From the IMG/VR virus record IMGVR_UViG_3300026081_000002: a stretch of DNA of 64,000 nt. The stretch is one strand, 5' to 3'. This DNA is from an uncultured virus (IMG/VR IMGVR_UViG_3300026081_000002). Lineage: Duplodnaviria > Heunggongvirae > Uroviricota > Caudoviricetes. Shown here in pieces: positions 10,581-19,816 of the stretch (within the stretch, counting starts at the first letter, position 1; every line of letters begins with the position of its first letter). Position numbers and translations under genes: made by a program. Below the pieces are notes generated by a model. That model was not told the DNA's origin, did no database searches, and saw only the letters and a list, made by a program, of their open reading frames with translations.

Positions 10581-11320
10581 ACTTTGGATTTGTAACTACG
10601 TTTTCTGATTCTTATCATTATGGTATAGAGATGTGTAGAACAATGGAAGAGTATCTTCCTGATGATTGTAATCTTACAGTATTTTATGAAGGAAAAGAAC
10701 TTCCAGATAACACTGACAGAATAACATACTTGCCATTTCCAGAATTTAAAATGTATAAGTTTAAAACAATAGCATCACCTCATCAGGATATGGTTCTTTT
10801 AGGAAAGAAACCAGAAGATGAAATATATGATAAGCAACAACTATATAGATTCGATGCAATAAGGTTTGCTTGGAAAATATATGCAATGAATGAGTTTCAC
10901 AACAAGTGTCCTGCAAGATATATGGTATGGATAGATGCAGATGTACATCTTACTTCTAAGATTCCAGATGACTTTTTGTTTACTTTAGTAGAGGAAGGAA
11001 AGTACGCTTCTTATTTGAATAGAGATAGAATACACACCGAGTCCGGTTTTCTTATATATGATACAGAACATCCTCACCACTTAGAGTTCTGGAAGAGAAT
11101 GATGAACCTATATGATAATGGCCAGATTTTTAAGTTGTCAGGTTGGACTGACTGTCACGCCTTTGATTACTTGATTTCTCGTTCTAGACAAGAAGGAGTA
11201 AAACATAAACCACTTGTTGATACTAGACATGGTGATCATGCTTGGAACGGATCGCCTCTACATAAATATAGTAGACATTTTAAAGGACTGAGAAATAAAC
11301 AAAAATTGGATGCAGAATGA
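10571..11320 (+). CDS. Putative glycosyltransferase (GT-A)
   Basis: FDAIRFAWK, VWIDAD, ESGFLIYD, WTDCHAFD, HFKG. Confidence 0.65.
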   Translation: MGLNFGFVTTFSDSYHYGIEMCRTMEEYLPDDCNLTVFYEGKELPDNTDRITYLPFPEFKMYKFKTIASPHQDMVLLGKKPEDEIYDKQQLYRFDAIRFAWKIYAMNEFHNKCPARYMVWIDADVHLTSKIPDDFLFTLVEEGKYASYLNRDRIHTESGFLIYDTEHPHHLEFWKRMMNLYDNGQIFKLSGWTDCHAFDYLISRSRQEGVKHKPLVDTRHGDHAWNGSPLHKYSRHFKGLRNKQKLDAE

Positions 11321-11997
11321 AAGCTTACGTAGTATTTGTACAAGGTCATAAAACTTCAGAATCATATATGAGATATTGTATGGAAAGTTGTAGTGTAAAA
11401 GGATGGGATCCTGAACCACTTGAGGGAGTAACTCCTGCTACTCTTAGTAGTTATCCAGACTTACCAGATGCAGAAGGATCAAGAGTTCAAGACTTTTTTA
11501 GAGAAGGTAAGAAAGTATATAACACTAAGAAAGCTTGCTTTAATAATCACATAAGAGTGTGGAAAAAATGTATAGAATTAAATGAACCAGTGGCCTTTAT
11601 AGAACAAGATGCTGATTGTATTAGACCTTGGGGTAACGAAACATTTGATGAAGTTCTTATTTTAAATATAGAATCAGCTTTTAGACAAAAGGTATTTGAA
11701 CACTTAGCATCTCTAGGATGGATTCGCGGTTGGAACTTAGGAGTTAATACTTATGATGAGTCACCTATTCCTTACAGACATTCTAATAAGAGTTGGAAAG
11801 GATCTTACATGATGCCGGGAACTGCTTCTTACGCAATCACTCCGAAAGGAGCGAATAAATTATTAAAGGCAGTAGAAAAACATGGCTGGGAACAGAGTGA
11901 TTTCTTTATTAATACAAAAAATGTTCATATACAATATGTAGTTCCGGAATATTTTACTTTTACTTTAAAAAATTTAAATATGAGTCATGGGTTTTAG
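11317..11997 (+). CDS. Glycosyltransferase family 25-like
   Basis: ACFNNHIRVWKKC, FIEQDA, GTASYAITPKGA. Confidence 0.7.
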   Translation: MKAYVVFVQGHKTSESYMRYCMESCSVKGWDPEPLEGVTPATLSSYPDLPDAEGSRVQDFFREGKKVYNTKKACFNNHIRVWKKCIELNEPVAFIEQDADCIRPWGNETFDEVLILNIESAFRQKVFEHLASLGWIRGWNLGVNTYDESPIPYRHSNKSWKGSYMMPGTASYAITPKGANKLLKAVEKHGWEQSDFFINTKNVHIQYVVPEYFTFTLKNLNMSHGF

Positions 11998-12173
11998 TGA
12001 GAAGAGGACGCAAAAGAAACCCTCGCCAATATGTCGAGATGAGAATAAAACAACTTATAGAAGAAGGGCATAAAGCGAGTGATCAAATGACTCGTAGGTG
12101 GTTATGGAAATGCGCTGATGAACTGAAATGGGTTAAACAGGTAATAGATGAGGAGAGGAAAGAGAATAAGTAA
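11997..12173 (+). CDS. Small hypothetical protein (58 aa, not in ORF track)
   Basis: GTG start overlapping previous stop; MRRGRKRNPRQYVEMRIKQLIEE...; fills the gap. Confidence 0.5.
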   Translation: MRRGRKRNPRQYVEMRIKQLIEEGHKASDQMTRRWLWKCADELKWVKQVIDEERKENK

Positions 12174-12345
12174 GAGGTGGGAAGATATTGAATCACCTTG
12201 CGTTAACGTATGTAAACTAAAGAATGGTGCCTGTGTAGCGTGTGGTAGAACTCAAGATGAGATAAGAGACTGGGTCATCATGACAGATAAACAGAGAAGG
12301 AAGATTATGGAGAGGCTAGATGGTGAAGCCAAACACAAAATTTAA
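12148..12345 (+). CDS. DUF1289-like Cys-rich protein
   Basis: SPCVNVCKL..GACVACGRTQDEIRDW. Confidence 0.75.
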   Translation: MRRGKRISKRWEDIESPCVNVCKLKNGACVACGRTQDEIRDWVIMTDKQRRKIMERLDGEAKHKI

Positions 12346-12550
12346 CTTAAGTATAAGAGACATAGAAATAATAGAAGAGGCTCTTAGAGCTAAGGCAGGA
12401 AGAAGAGGTATGGCTATTGCTCAAGGTGAAACATCACCAAGACTTAGAGAAGAAATGAATGAGATACAAGAAGTATTAGGAAGAATACATGAACAGAAGA
12501 ATTTTTATGCAAAATTTAAAGACGGCAAGATACCTTATGTGAGTGGATGA
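12320..12550 (+). CDS. Hypothetical protein
   Basis: 76-aa ORF with GGAGAGG SD. Confidence 0.55.
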   Translation: MVKPNTKFNLSIRDIEIIEEALRAKAGRRGMAIAQGETSPRLREEMNEIQEVLGRIHEQKNFYAKFKDGKIPYVSG

Positions 12551-13247
12551 TATGAAAGCATATGCAATTGTTATAGAAGGAAATGAAGTATCCGAAGAAG
12601 GATACCGTGTTTTATCTGAAAGCTTTTGGGAAGTGGAGAATGAATTTAGTCTTGAAAAGTTTAAAGCTATAACTCCTTCTAATGTTAATAAAGCTATGAT
12701 AAAGGATAACATTAAATGGAACTATCCTTGGGAAGGTGAAGTTATTGACTTTGCTTCTGGTCTTACTAAAAAATCATATCCTACAAAAAATCATGAAGCA
12801 AGGATAGCGTGTGCAATGAGTCATTTTTCTTTATGGAAAAAATGTGTAGATACTGGAGATGCAATAATTATTCTAGAGCATGATTCAAAGTTTATTAATA
12901 AAATAGACTTCTTACCAGAAGATACTGGATATAATATTATAGGACTTAATAATCCTTTAATGGCAACGAGAAAAGCTAAGTTGTATCACGATCTTATAAA
13001 ACAAAATCTACAGCCTTTTCAGAGAGTTCCATTTGTAGATGATGATATGAAGATCCCTCAAGGTTTAGCTGGAAATTCTGCTTATATGATTAAACCTGAA
13101 GGTGCTAGTGAAATGATTGGACTAGTTTATAAGTATGGAATGTGGCCAAATGATGCTATTATGTGTCGACAACTTGTAAGTGGACTTGCTGTCAGTAAAA
13201 AATTCTATACTCAAGTTCAAGGTTTGAGATCTACTACTACAATATGA
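12543..13247 (+). CDS. Glycosyltransferase family 25-like
   Basis: ACAMSHFSLWKKC, IILEHDS, GNSAYMIKPEGA; probable start ATG 12552. Confidence 0.7.
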   Translation: MDDMKAYAIVIEGNEVSEEGYRVLSESFWEVENEFSLEKFKAITPSNVNKAMIKDNIKWNYPWEGEVIDFASGLTKKSYPTKNHEARIACAMSHFSLWKKCVDTGDAIIILEHDSKFINKIDFLPEDTGYNIIGLNNPLMATRKAKLYHDLIKQNLQPFQRVPFVDDDMKIPQGLAGNSAYMIKPEGASEMIGLVYKYGMWPNDAIMCRQLVSGLAVSKKFYTQVQGLRSTTTI

Positions 13248-13699
13248 AATATAATTCTGACAAATATACGTACTATATAACAGGTACTCGAAGAGGTTTA
13301 GGTCACGCTCTAGAAAAAAAGTATGGGAACGTTAATTCTTTTGAGTGTGATGTTTTTATCAATTGCAAATATGATATGTGGTATCAGGCAGACATGTTGT
13401 ATCTTGCAGCAGAAGCAAAAGTTCCACGTATAATTAACATAGGATCAATGTCAAACGAATGGTACAAAGGTTTTAAACCTTATTATAAGTATGGTATAGC
13501 TAAGAAAGCTTTAAAGGATGTTAACGATCAGTTGTTTCATCAAGGAGTTAATACAACATGCATTAACTTTGGATATTTTGAAAGTGAGTCGACTAAAGAT
13601 ATAGACTTGCCAAAAATGGAAATGGGTTACTGTGTAGAGATGATTAGTTTTATACTTAATCAACCTTATAGGATAAAAGAAATTACGGTGTGTAAATGA
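13244..13699 (+). CDS. Minimal short-chain dehydrogenase/reductase
   Basis: ITGTRRGLG, IINIGS, YGIAK (YxxxK). Confidence 0.65.
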   Translation: MKYNSDKYTYYITGTRRGLGHALEKKYGNVNSFECDVFINCKYDMWYQADMLYLAAEAKVPRIINIGSMSNEWYKGFKPYYKYGIAKKALKDVNDQLFHQGVNTTCINFGYFESESTKDIDLPKMEMGYCVEMISFILNQPYRIKEITVCK

Positions 13700-14304
13700 T
13701 AGAGGAATATATACCAAAATTTTTGCAGTGTTTATACTCAGATAGTTGTAAGGATGCAAATATTCAAGCACAAGAACTAATTGATATGTTCCATGAAAAT
13801 CAAATAGTAAGTAAAAAACAAATGATTTATGCTTTAGATCTTTTAGATCTAAGTAGAGAGCTCTATATTAATGGATTATACATAGGCTCTTGGATGGGAT
13901 TCATGACTCGTATATTATCAGAGAGATATAATTTTTATATGAGTGAACTTGAACTAGATGAAAGATGTGGTCCTGTAAGTAGAAAATATAATGAAAAAAA
14001 TGAAAGATATAGAGAACATATTATAGGTGATGCTTTATATCAGAGTAAAAGTTTTTATGAAAGATATAATCTTATAGTTAACACAAGTTGTGAACACATG
14101 CCAGCAGATTGGTACTATAAACTTCCGAACAACTGTTATGTTTTTCTTCAATGTAATGACTATGATACTATTCCTGAACATATTAATTGTGTATACAGTA
14201 TAGAAGAGATGAAAGGTAAATATCCTATGCATGTAAAATATGAAAGTGAAACGCAGTGTACGATATATAAAAGATACACACTTGCCGGACAGATAAAATT
14301 CTAA
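13696..14304 (+). CDS. Methyltransferase-fold protein (NTSCEH family)
   Basis: IGSWMG, ELD, IVNTSCEHM, HINC. Confidence 0.55.
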   Translation: MIEEYIPKFLQCLYSDSCKDANIQAQELIDMFHENQIVSKKQMIYALDLLDLSRELYINGLYIGSWMGFMTRILSERYNFYMSELELDERCGPVSRKYNEKNERYREHIIGDALYQSKSFYERYNLIVNTSCEHMPADWYYKLPNNCYVFLQCNDYDTIPEHINCVYSIEEMKGKYPMHVKYESETQCTIYKRYTLAGQIKF

Positions 14305-14963
14305 TGAAAGCATTTGTATTAACAATAAAAGATTTACAAGAATCTCAACAAGCAGCTGAGAGGTGTATAGAGTCTGGATTGAGGCACGGTGTAAATGTAA
14401 AAAAACATTACGGATATACACCAAAAGATAATCCTTTGAATATCTTAGAAAGTTTGAATATTCCAATTGATGGATTTAAAGAAAAATATTCTTATATAGA
14501 AAAGTGTGTGGCAGCATTCTTAGGACACAGATCATTATGGGAAAAAGCTGTTAGCTCGCAAGAAAATATTTTAGTTCTAGAACATGATGCAGAATTTATT
14601 TCATCTCTACCGAGTTCAGTAATTAATTCTTCAACATCCGATATTATTTCTTTTGGCCAACCTTCTTATGGAAAATGGAACACACCTAATATTATTGGAG
14701 CGGGTCCTCTTGTTTCGAAACCATACTTTCCTGGAGCTCATGCTTATATGGTTACTCCTTATGGAGCGAGTCAAGCACTAAAGAAAGCAAATAAAGAGGC
14801 TGGGCCAACAGATACATTTTTTAATATTAGTAGATTTCCAAGTTTAAAAGAATTTTATCCTTGGCCCGTTATTGCTAACGATTCGTTTACTACAATACAA
14901 AGATCTGAAGGATGCTTAGCAAAACATAATTGGAAAGACGGAGTAGGTTATGCCATTATATAA
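14304..14963 (+). CDS. Glycosyltransferase family 25-like
   Basis: AFLGHRSLWEK, LVLEHDA, GAHAYMVTPYGA. Confidence 0.7.
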   Translation: MKAFVLTIKDLQESQQAAERCIESGLRHGVNVKKHYGYTPKDNPLNILESLNIPIDGFKEKYSYIEKCVAAFLGHRSLWEKAVSSQENILVLEHDAEFISSLPSSVINSSTSDIISFGQPSYGKWNTPNIIGAGPLVSKPYFPGAHAYMVTPYGASQALKKANKEAGPTDTFFNISRFPSLKEFYPWPVIANDSFTTIQRSEGCLAKHNWKDGVGYAII

Positions 14964-15627
14964 AAATATGTTTGTAACTGGTTGTGATGAAAGTAACGAA
15001 TGGATGTTACCTTGGTTCATGAGTAACTATAAAAAATATAATAATTATCCAATAGTCTTTGCAGACTTTGGTGTAAGTAAAGAGTTTAAAAATTATGTAG
15101 ATGAAAATTTTGAAAAAGTAATTGATATGACTGATGTTCCTGATAAAGGCTGGTTTAAGAAACCAAAGTCTATGATAAGAGCTGCAAAGTTTTCTTCTAA
15201 TACATGTTGGATTGATACTGACTTTGAGATACTTGATAATATTGAGACTCTATTTGACTGGATAGAGCCTAATAGACTAGCAATGGTTGAAGATAAACCT
15301 TGGACAAAAAGAAGACCAGATATGAGAGGTTTGTTGTATTATAACTCTGGAATAGTAGCCTTTAATGGTGATCCTCAAATACTACACCAATGGGCATATA
15401 ATGTAGAAAAAAATCCACAGCAAGGAGATCAAGAAACTCTACATGCTATGATGGAATCACCACTTAGTCAAAGGGTATATATTACAGATCTGCCAAACGA
15501 ATACAACTGGCTTAGGCTACAACTTGAACATGATAATCAAGACAGTAATAAAAAGAAAGCTATTCACTGGACCGGTCCAAAAGGAAAAGAAAAAATTAGG
15601 AGTAAGATGAAGCAATGGGAGAAGTAG
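14950..15627 (+). CDS. Putative glycosyltransferase (GT-A, GT8-like)
   Basis: WIDTD, YNSGIV, GDQETL, EYNWL, IHWTG. Confidence 0.7.
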   Translation: MPLYKNMFVTGCDESNEWMLPWFMSNYKKYNNYPIVFADFGVSKEFKNYVDENFEKVIDMTDVPDKGWFKKPKSMIRAAKFSSNTCWIDTDFEILDNIETLFDWIEPNRLAMVEDKPWTKRRPDMRGLLYYNSGIVAFNGDPQILHQWAYNVEKNPQQGDQETLHAMMESPLSQRVYITDLPNEYNWLRLQLEHDNQDSNKKKAIHWTGPKGKEKIRSKMKQWEK

Positions 15628-16271
15628 CACACTTAATTGGAAACGGTAAAAGCTCAGGCTTCTATGTTCCTGATAAAGGATTAAAGATTACGTGTAATCT
15701 TCCTCCTTTTAAAGTTGATAATTTATACACTACTGTCATGGTAGACTTTAAAATGATGAATGCTATATGGAAAGGAGAAGTTGTCGTACCAGGCGACTGG
15801 GTCTTAGGTGCTCGCCCTCATAAGTGGATGGAAATGAGAAATGACTTTTACATGAAGTATTCTAAACAGATCAAAGAGTTTTATTTAACTCTTCCAAGAT
15901 ATGCGCAAAACTATACTGACTTTAACTGTGGTCACATGGCCACTCATTGGATTGCAAACAAACTAAAAAGAAAAGAAATTCATATGTATGGATTTGATTC
16001 TATATTTGAGTTTGATACTACCAGCATGTCAGACACATTCATGATGTCAGTAAGAGACAATATGAATACAGAAAGACTCACTACGAGATGGAGACCAATA
16101 TGGTTTGGAATCTTTAATGAGTTTAAGAACACTCAGTTCATATTGTATCATGATAAGGGAAACCCTATGCTAAAACTCCCTGAAAACGTTGAAGTAAGAA
16201 CTTCAAATAAAGGAAGAACTGCTATGAGGAAAAAAGTAGTAGACGAGTCTTCCGGTCTTCCACTTCCATAA
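15615..16271 (+). CDS. Maf/DUF115- or sialyltransferase-like protein
   Basis: LIGNGKS...ITCN...NCGHMA...IHMYGFD resembles the GNGPS...GFD signature. Confidence 0.4.
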   Translation: MGEVAHLIGNGKSSGFYVPDKGLKITCNLPPFKVDNLYTTVMVDFKMMNAIWKGEVVVPGDWVLGARPHKWMEMRNDFYMKYSKQIKEFYLTLPRYAQNYTDFNCGHMATHWIANKLKRKEIHMYGFDSIFEFDTTSMSDTFMMSVRDNMNTERLTTRWRPIWFGIFNEFKNTQFILYHDKGNPMLKLPENVEVRTSNKGRTAMRKKVVDESSGLPLP

Positions 16272-16272
16272 C

Positions 16273-16365
16273 TGTTACATTTTTATCACAGTAAACCAAT
16301 AAAATGCATTTTTTTACAAAAAAGTGAAAATAATGGTGTACATCCCTGTCATTCTATGGTATTCT
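16273..16365 (+). promoter_or_regulatory. Early promoter cassette 1 (18-bp palindrome, A/T tract, -35/-10)
   Basis: TGTTACATTTTTATCACA 16273-16290; TGTACA(16337)-17-TATTCT. Confidence 0.7.
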
Positions 16366-16393
16366 AGTAGTATAAGGAATGAAAGGAATATAA

Positions 16394-16771
16394 ATGTACA
16401 AATCAAATGAATATACAGTTCAAAAAGAACTCTTCTTAAGCTGGGGTCAAACTCCGTTAATGGAGCATCTTTCTGAAAAGTTACAAGAACTTATACCTTT
16501 TGAAGGTGAAGTTGAAGATAAGAAAAACAATCCAGCATTGGAAAAGTTTCGTAAAGCTACAAACGTAGTTTACGATATATTCAACAACGGTTTAATAAAT
16601 CGTCAATGGCAAGTTTTTGGAGTACTTGGTCTTCGTAAGCGTGATCTGCCTCTTCCATCATACCATAGAGGTTACCATTACCCAGGTAATTGGGATCGTG
16701 TAGAGGAAATGGTTCATAAACAATTCAAACCAATAGTATTAGCTGCTGCTAAAGAACAGGGGTTAATATAA
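16394..16771 (+). CDS. Hypothetical early protein
   Basis: AAGGA SD, first gene after cassette. Confidence 0.65.
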   Translation: MYKSNEYTVQKELFLSWGQTPLMEHLSEKLQELIPFEGEVEDKKNNPALEKFRKATNVVYDIFNNGLINRQWQVFGVLGLRKRDLPLPSYHRGYHYPGNWDRVEEMVHKQFKPIVLAAAKEQGLI

Positions 16772-16971
16772 TGGGAATGTCAGGTTGGATAATGGATGTT
16801 GAAGAAGCTTACTGGGATCAAGTCGCTAGAATTGTAGAAGATAGTGAGCATATCAGTGAAGCTGAAGATAGAGCACTATCTCTTTCTGAACCAATGGTTC
16901 CACACATAGACATAGAAGATATTCGTGAAAGTGTAACTATGTTGTGGAATGAGTACTGGAGTAACGTATAA
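16771..16971 (+). CDS. Hypothetical protein
   Basis: TAATG coupling, acidic 66 aa. Confidence 0.6.
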   Translation: MGMSGWIMDVEEAYWDQVARIVEDSEHISEAEDRALSLSEPMVPHIDIEDIRESVTMLWNEYWSNV

Positions 16972-17120
16972 TGATGGCGTTTACTCGAGATGATGTGTTA
17001 GGTGGAATACTCTTAGGAGTATTTGCCTTTGGTTGGATGGACACACTGTGGATATTCGGAGTTGAAAATAGTCAATGGTACACATGGTGGGGACTCATCT
17101 ATTATTTGGGGAATATGTAA
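16971..17120 (+). CDS. Small membrane protein (49 aa, not in ORF track)
   Basis: MMAFTRDDVLGGILLGVFAFGWMDTLWIFG...; TAATG coupling at both ends. Confidence 0.55.
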   Translation: MMAFTRDDVLGGILLGVFAFGWMDTLWIFGVENSQWYTWWGLIYYLGNM

Positions 17121-17341
17121 TGGCTAGAAAGTTTAAAGAAAAATTTCTCAAACCTTCGTTTGAAACATCAGGTCATATCTGGGTTGGAACAGTCTGGCCA
17201 GTTACAGGAAGTAAAGGTGATCAGTACTCAGTTGAGCTTACTGATCATGGATTTAAGTGTGACTGCATGGGGTTTCCTTGGCACGGTCGATGTAAGCATT
17301 CAAAGGCGGTCCTACAAAAAGTTGAAAGGGCAATAGCATGA
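17120..17341 (+). CDS. SWIM zinc-finger protein
   Basis: GSKGDQYSV...CDC...CKH; start moved to ATG 17120. Confidence 0.75.
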   Translation: MARKFKEKFLKPSFETSGHIWVGTVWPVTGSKGDQYSVELTDHGFKCDCMGFPWHGRCKHSKAVLQKVERAIA

Positions 17342-17448
17342 GTGAAGATAGGCCACCAACCGAAGGAGAAGCTTTATTCTTTATGATTGCTATAATCCTT
17401 GTAGGAACCTTAGTCATTAACGGTGTAGTATATTTGTTTATTCAATGA
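17338..17448 (+). CDS. Small single-pass membrane protein (36 aa)
   Basis: MSEDRPPTEGEALFFMIAIILVGTLVINGVVYLFIQ; coupled overlaps. Confidence 0.5.
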   Translation: MSEDRPPTEGEALFFMIAIILVGTLVINGVVYLFIQ

Positions 17449-17828
17449 CTTATTATATTGTTCAAGGTGGTGGAATTCGTCAAAGAAAACTTGCAGAAGA
17501 AGCAGTAAGGTTTGCGATACAACAACTCTTTCCTAGGTTTAAAAACTATGAGATCTTTATACAGCTGACAAAAGATAAGACAGATGTTTTTGAAGAAGAT
17601 GAGAGAACATATCAGGTCAGAGTGAGTACAAGGCAAAATAAAGAGGACTTTATTACTGGTATATTTCATGAGTTTGTTCACATAGATCAGTATCTTAGAG
17701 GTAGAATGCATGACTATGGATATACAAACTTTCAGGAATATATTAATCATCCTGCTGAAGTAGAGGCGTATGCTAGACAAGAAGAATTACTTAAAAAATG
17801 GAATACTGCTCGTAGCTCAGCTGGATAG
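17445..17828 (+). CDS. Putative zinc metallopeptidase (HExxH)
   Basis: FHEFVHIDQY...HPAEVEAY. Confidence 0.65.
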   Translation: MTYYIVQGGGIRQRKLAEEAVRFAIQQLFPRFKNYEIFIQLTKDKTDVFEEDERTYQVRVSTRQNKEDFITGIFHEFVHIDQYLRGRMHDYGYTNFQEYINHPAEVEAYARQEELLKKWNTARSSAG

Positions 17829-17882
17829 AGCAAGAGACTTCTAATCTCTAGGTCGGGGGTTCGAATCCCTCCGAGCAGGCCA
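17806..17882 (+). tRNA. tRNA-Arg(UCU)
   Basis: Acceptor CTGCTCG/CGAGCAG, anticodon arm AGAGA-CTTCTAA-TCTCT, GTTCGAATC, encoded CCA. Confidence 0.95.
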
Positions 17883-17884
17883 AT

Positions 17885-17968
17885 GGGAGACGTGTTACAA
17901 GGTGTGACAGGGGACTGTAAATCCTCCGCGGAAACGCACGCCAGGTTCGATTCCTGGGTCTCCCACCA
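17885..17968 (+). tRNA. tRNA-Tyr(GUA), atypical D-arm
   Basis: Acceptor GGGAGAC/GTCTCCC, anticodon loop CTGTAAA, long variable arm, T-arm CCAGG-TTCGATT-CCTGG, CCA. Confidence 0.88.
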
Positions 17969-17971
17969 AAT

Positions 17972-18045
17972 GCGGGTGTAGTATAATGGTATTATTACAG
18001 CCTTCCAAGCTGAAGATAGGGGTTCGATTCCCCTCACCCGCTCCA
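17972..18045 (+). tRNA. tRNA-Gly(UCC)
   Basis: Acceptor GCGGGTG/CACCCGC, anticodon loop CTTCCAA, GTTCGATTC, CCA. Confidence 0.95.
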
Positions 18046-18050
18046 ATTCT

Positions 18051-18058
18051 TATAAATA
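18051..18058 (+). promoter_or_regulatory. T4-type late promoter
   Basis: TATAAATA upstream of 18092 ORF. Confidence 0.7.
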
Positions 18059-18091
18059 GATATATCAACTAGTAAGAAAACAGGTGGACAA

Positions 18092-18319
18092 ATGGCACAA
18101 CAAGAGATTAATATTGGAACTGTAGCTAATGATGGTACAGGAGATACTTTAAGATCTGCAGGTAATAAGATCAATGAAAATTTTTATGAGTTATATCAAA
18201 CTACTTATACTGCAGCTGTTTCCAGTAACTGGAATGGAACAGCACCTACAACTGTCGGCGAAGCTCTAGATAGACTTGCTGTAGTTGTAAAAAGTCTAAA
18301 CGGCGGAACCGGCGCCTAG
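18092..18319 (+). CDS. Small virion protein with gp9/gp10-type N-terminal motif
   Basis: INIGTVANDGTGDTLRSAGNKINENFYELY. Confidence 0.7.
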   Translation: MAQQEINIGTVANDGTGDTLRSAGNKINENFYELYQTTYTAAVSSNWNGTAPTTVGEALDRLAVVVKSLNGGTGA

Positions 18320-18326
18320 TTTCTCA

Positions 18327-19619
18327 ATGATTAATTATCTAGCATTTATCGCAGCCATTGCTATAGCTACGGTTGCTGCATACTATTCAATTATAGGACT
18401 GACAACAATATTTGCTGCAGCAGTAATGCCTATTGCTATAATGGGTGGTGTTCTTGAGGCAGGTAAGTTAATTACTGCATCATGGCTATATAATAATCGT
18501 ACAAGAATTCCTTTCCTTTTAAAATCTTATCTTATATTTGCAGTTATAGTTCTTATGTTTATTACAAGCATGGGAATCTTTGGATTTTTATCAAAAGCAC
18601 ATATTGAACAAACTGCAGAGTCAGAAGAGAACATTGCACTTATTCAACAACTTGATAAGAAGCTGTTAAGACTTAATACAACTATTACTAATGCAGAATC
18701 TAGTATTGATAAAATTGAGAACAAAGATAATACTAGGAATGATGAAGTAAATGAGCAGATCGCAACTGAAGAAGAAAGAATAGAAAAAGTTAGAGATCAG
18801 TATCAGTCACTGGTTGATGAACAGAATGAAATTATAAAAAATTCTGGATCTCAACTAAAACTACTTGAAGAGTTTATAAAAGATCAAAACATCAAAGCAC
18901 TACAGTCACTTGTTGGAACTAAAGTTGACGGTAACTATGGTCCAGGAACTTCTGCAAAAGTTAATGAGTTTAGAGAAAAAGAACAGTCTCGAGCAGATGA
19001 AATAATAAAAGATGCTAGAGATAGAGTTCAAGAACTTCGACAAAAAGAATTAAACGAGATCTCAAAAAGTAATGATGTTATTAATCGATTAAGACAAAGT
19101 ATTAACACAGATGGTGTTGATGAAAATGATGTTGCAAGAATAAAGAATCTTCAAAATAGTATTATTAGTTCTGAAGAAGAAATAATAAAACTCAATAGCG
19201 AAAAGTTTAACCTTGAAGCTGAAGAAAGAAAACTAGAAGCTGAAGTTGGTCCAGTAAAATATATTGCAGAGCTAGTTTATAGTGGAGAAGCAGATAGAGC
19301 AATACTGGAAGATGCTGTTAGGTGGGTGATCATAATCATTATATTTGTTTTTGATCCTTTAGCTGTTTTATTATTAATTGCTGCTAATATGGGTTGGGAA
19401 CACGCAAGAGAAGATAGAATTAAGAAATTAGGAAGATCTCAGAACAGAGTCGCAAAAGATGGAAAGATAGTCGACGCAGTAGAGATGACAAATCCAATTA
19501 AAGAAGAACCAACTCGAAAAGAAAAGCTTGAAAAATTAAAAGAAGAAACTGAAAAACCTAAGAAAATTTTAAAAAAGAAAGAAGTCAGAGCTGGTTACGA
19601 GTATGATGTAGATGTATAA
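18327..19619 (+). CDS. Membrane-anchored coiled-coil protein with peptidoglycan-binding-like motif
   Basis: N-terminal TM segments, long coiled coil, ALQSLVGTKVDGNYGPGT, C-terminal TM (IIFVFDPLAVLLLIAAN). Confidence 0.65.
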   Translation: MINYLAFIAAIAIATVAAYYSIIGLTTIFAAAVMPIAIMGGVLEAGKLITASWLYNNRTRIPFLLKSYLIFAVIVLMFITSMGIFGFLSKAHIEQTAESEENIALIQQLDKKLLRLNTTITNAESSIDKIENKDNTRNDEVNEQIATEEERIEKVRDQYQSLVDEQNEIIKNSGSQLKLLEEFIKDQNIKALQSLVGTKVDGNYGPGTSAKVNEFREKEQSRADEIIKDARDRVQELRQKELNEISKSNDVINRLRQSINTDGVDENDVARIKNLQNSIISSEEEIIKLNSEKFNLEAEERKLEAEVGPVKYIAELVYSGEADRAILEDAVRWVIIIIIFVFDPLAVLLLIAANMGWEHAREDRIKKLGRSQNRVAKDGKIVDAVEMTNPIKEEPTRKEKLEKLKEETEKPKKILKKKEVRAGYEYDVDV

Positions 19620-19627
19620 ATAAAATA

Positions 19628-19816
19628 ATGGATGATAAAGGTTCATATACAGAATATGGATACAGAGGTCTGGAAGAAATAAAAACTCTTCAAGCTGAAA
19701 ATGCGCGCTTGAAAAAGGAGATAGAAGAACTAAAACAAAAACAAATAACTATAGCTGAATTGTATCCTGATGGTTACAGTATAGCTTGGAGAGATAAAGA
19801 AGGGCATAAAGAATGA
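19628..19816 (+). CDS. Hypothetical protein
   Basis: 62 aa; TATAAATA at 19615-19622. Confidence 0.5.
   Translation: MDDKGSYTEYGYRGLEEIKTLQAENARLKKEIEELKQKQITIAELYPDGYSIAWRDKEGHKE

Noticed and set aside
16273..16290. CRP/Rex site assignment
   Set aside because: Half-sites are separated by 8 nt, not the 6 nt of TGTGA-N6-TCACA
17747..18046. Minus-strand 99-aa ORF
   Set aside because: Antisense shadow of the three tRNA genes
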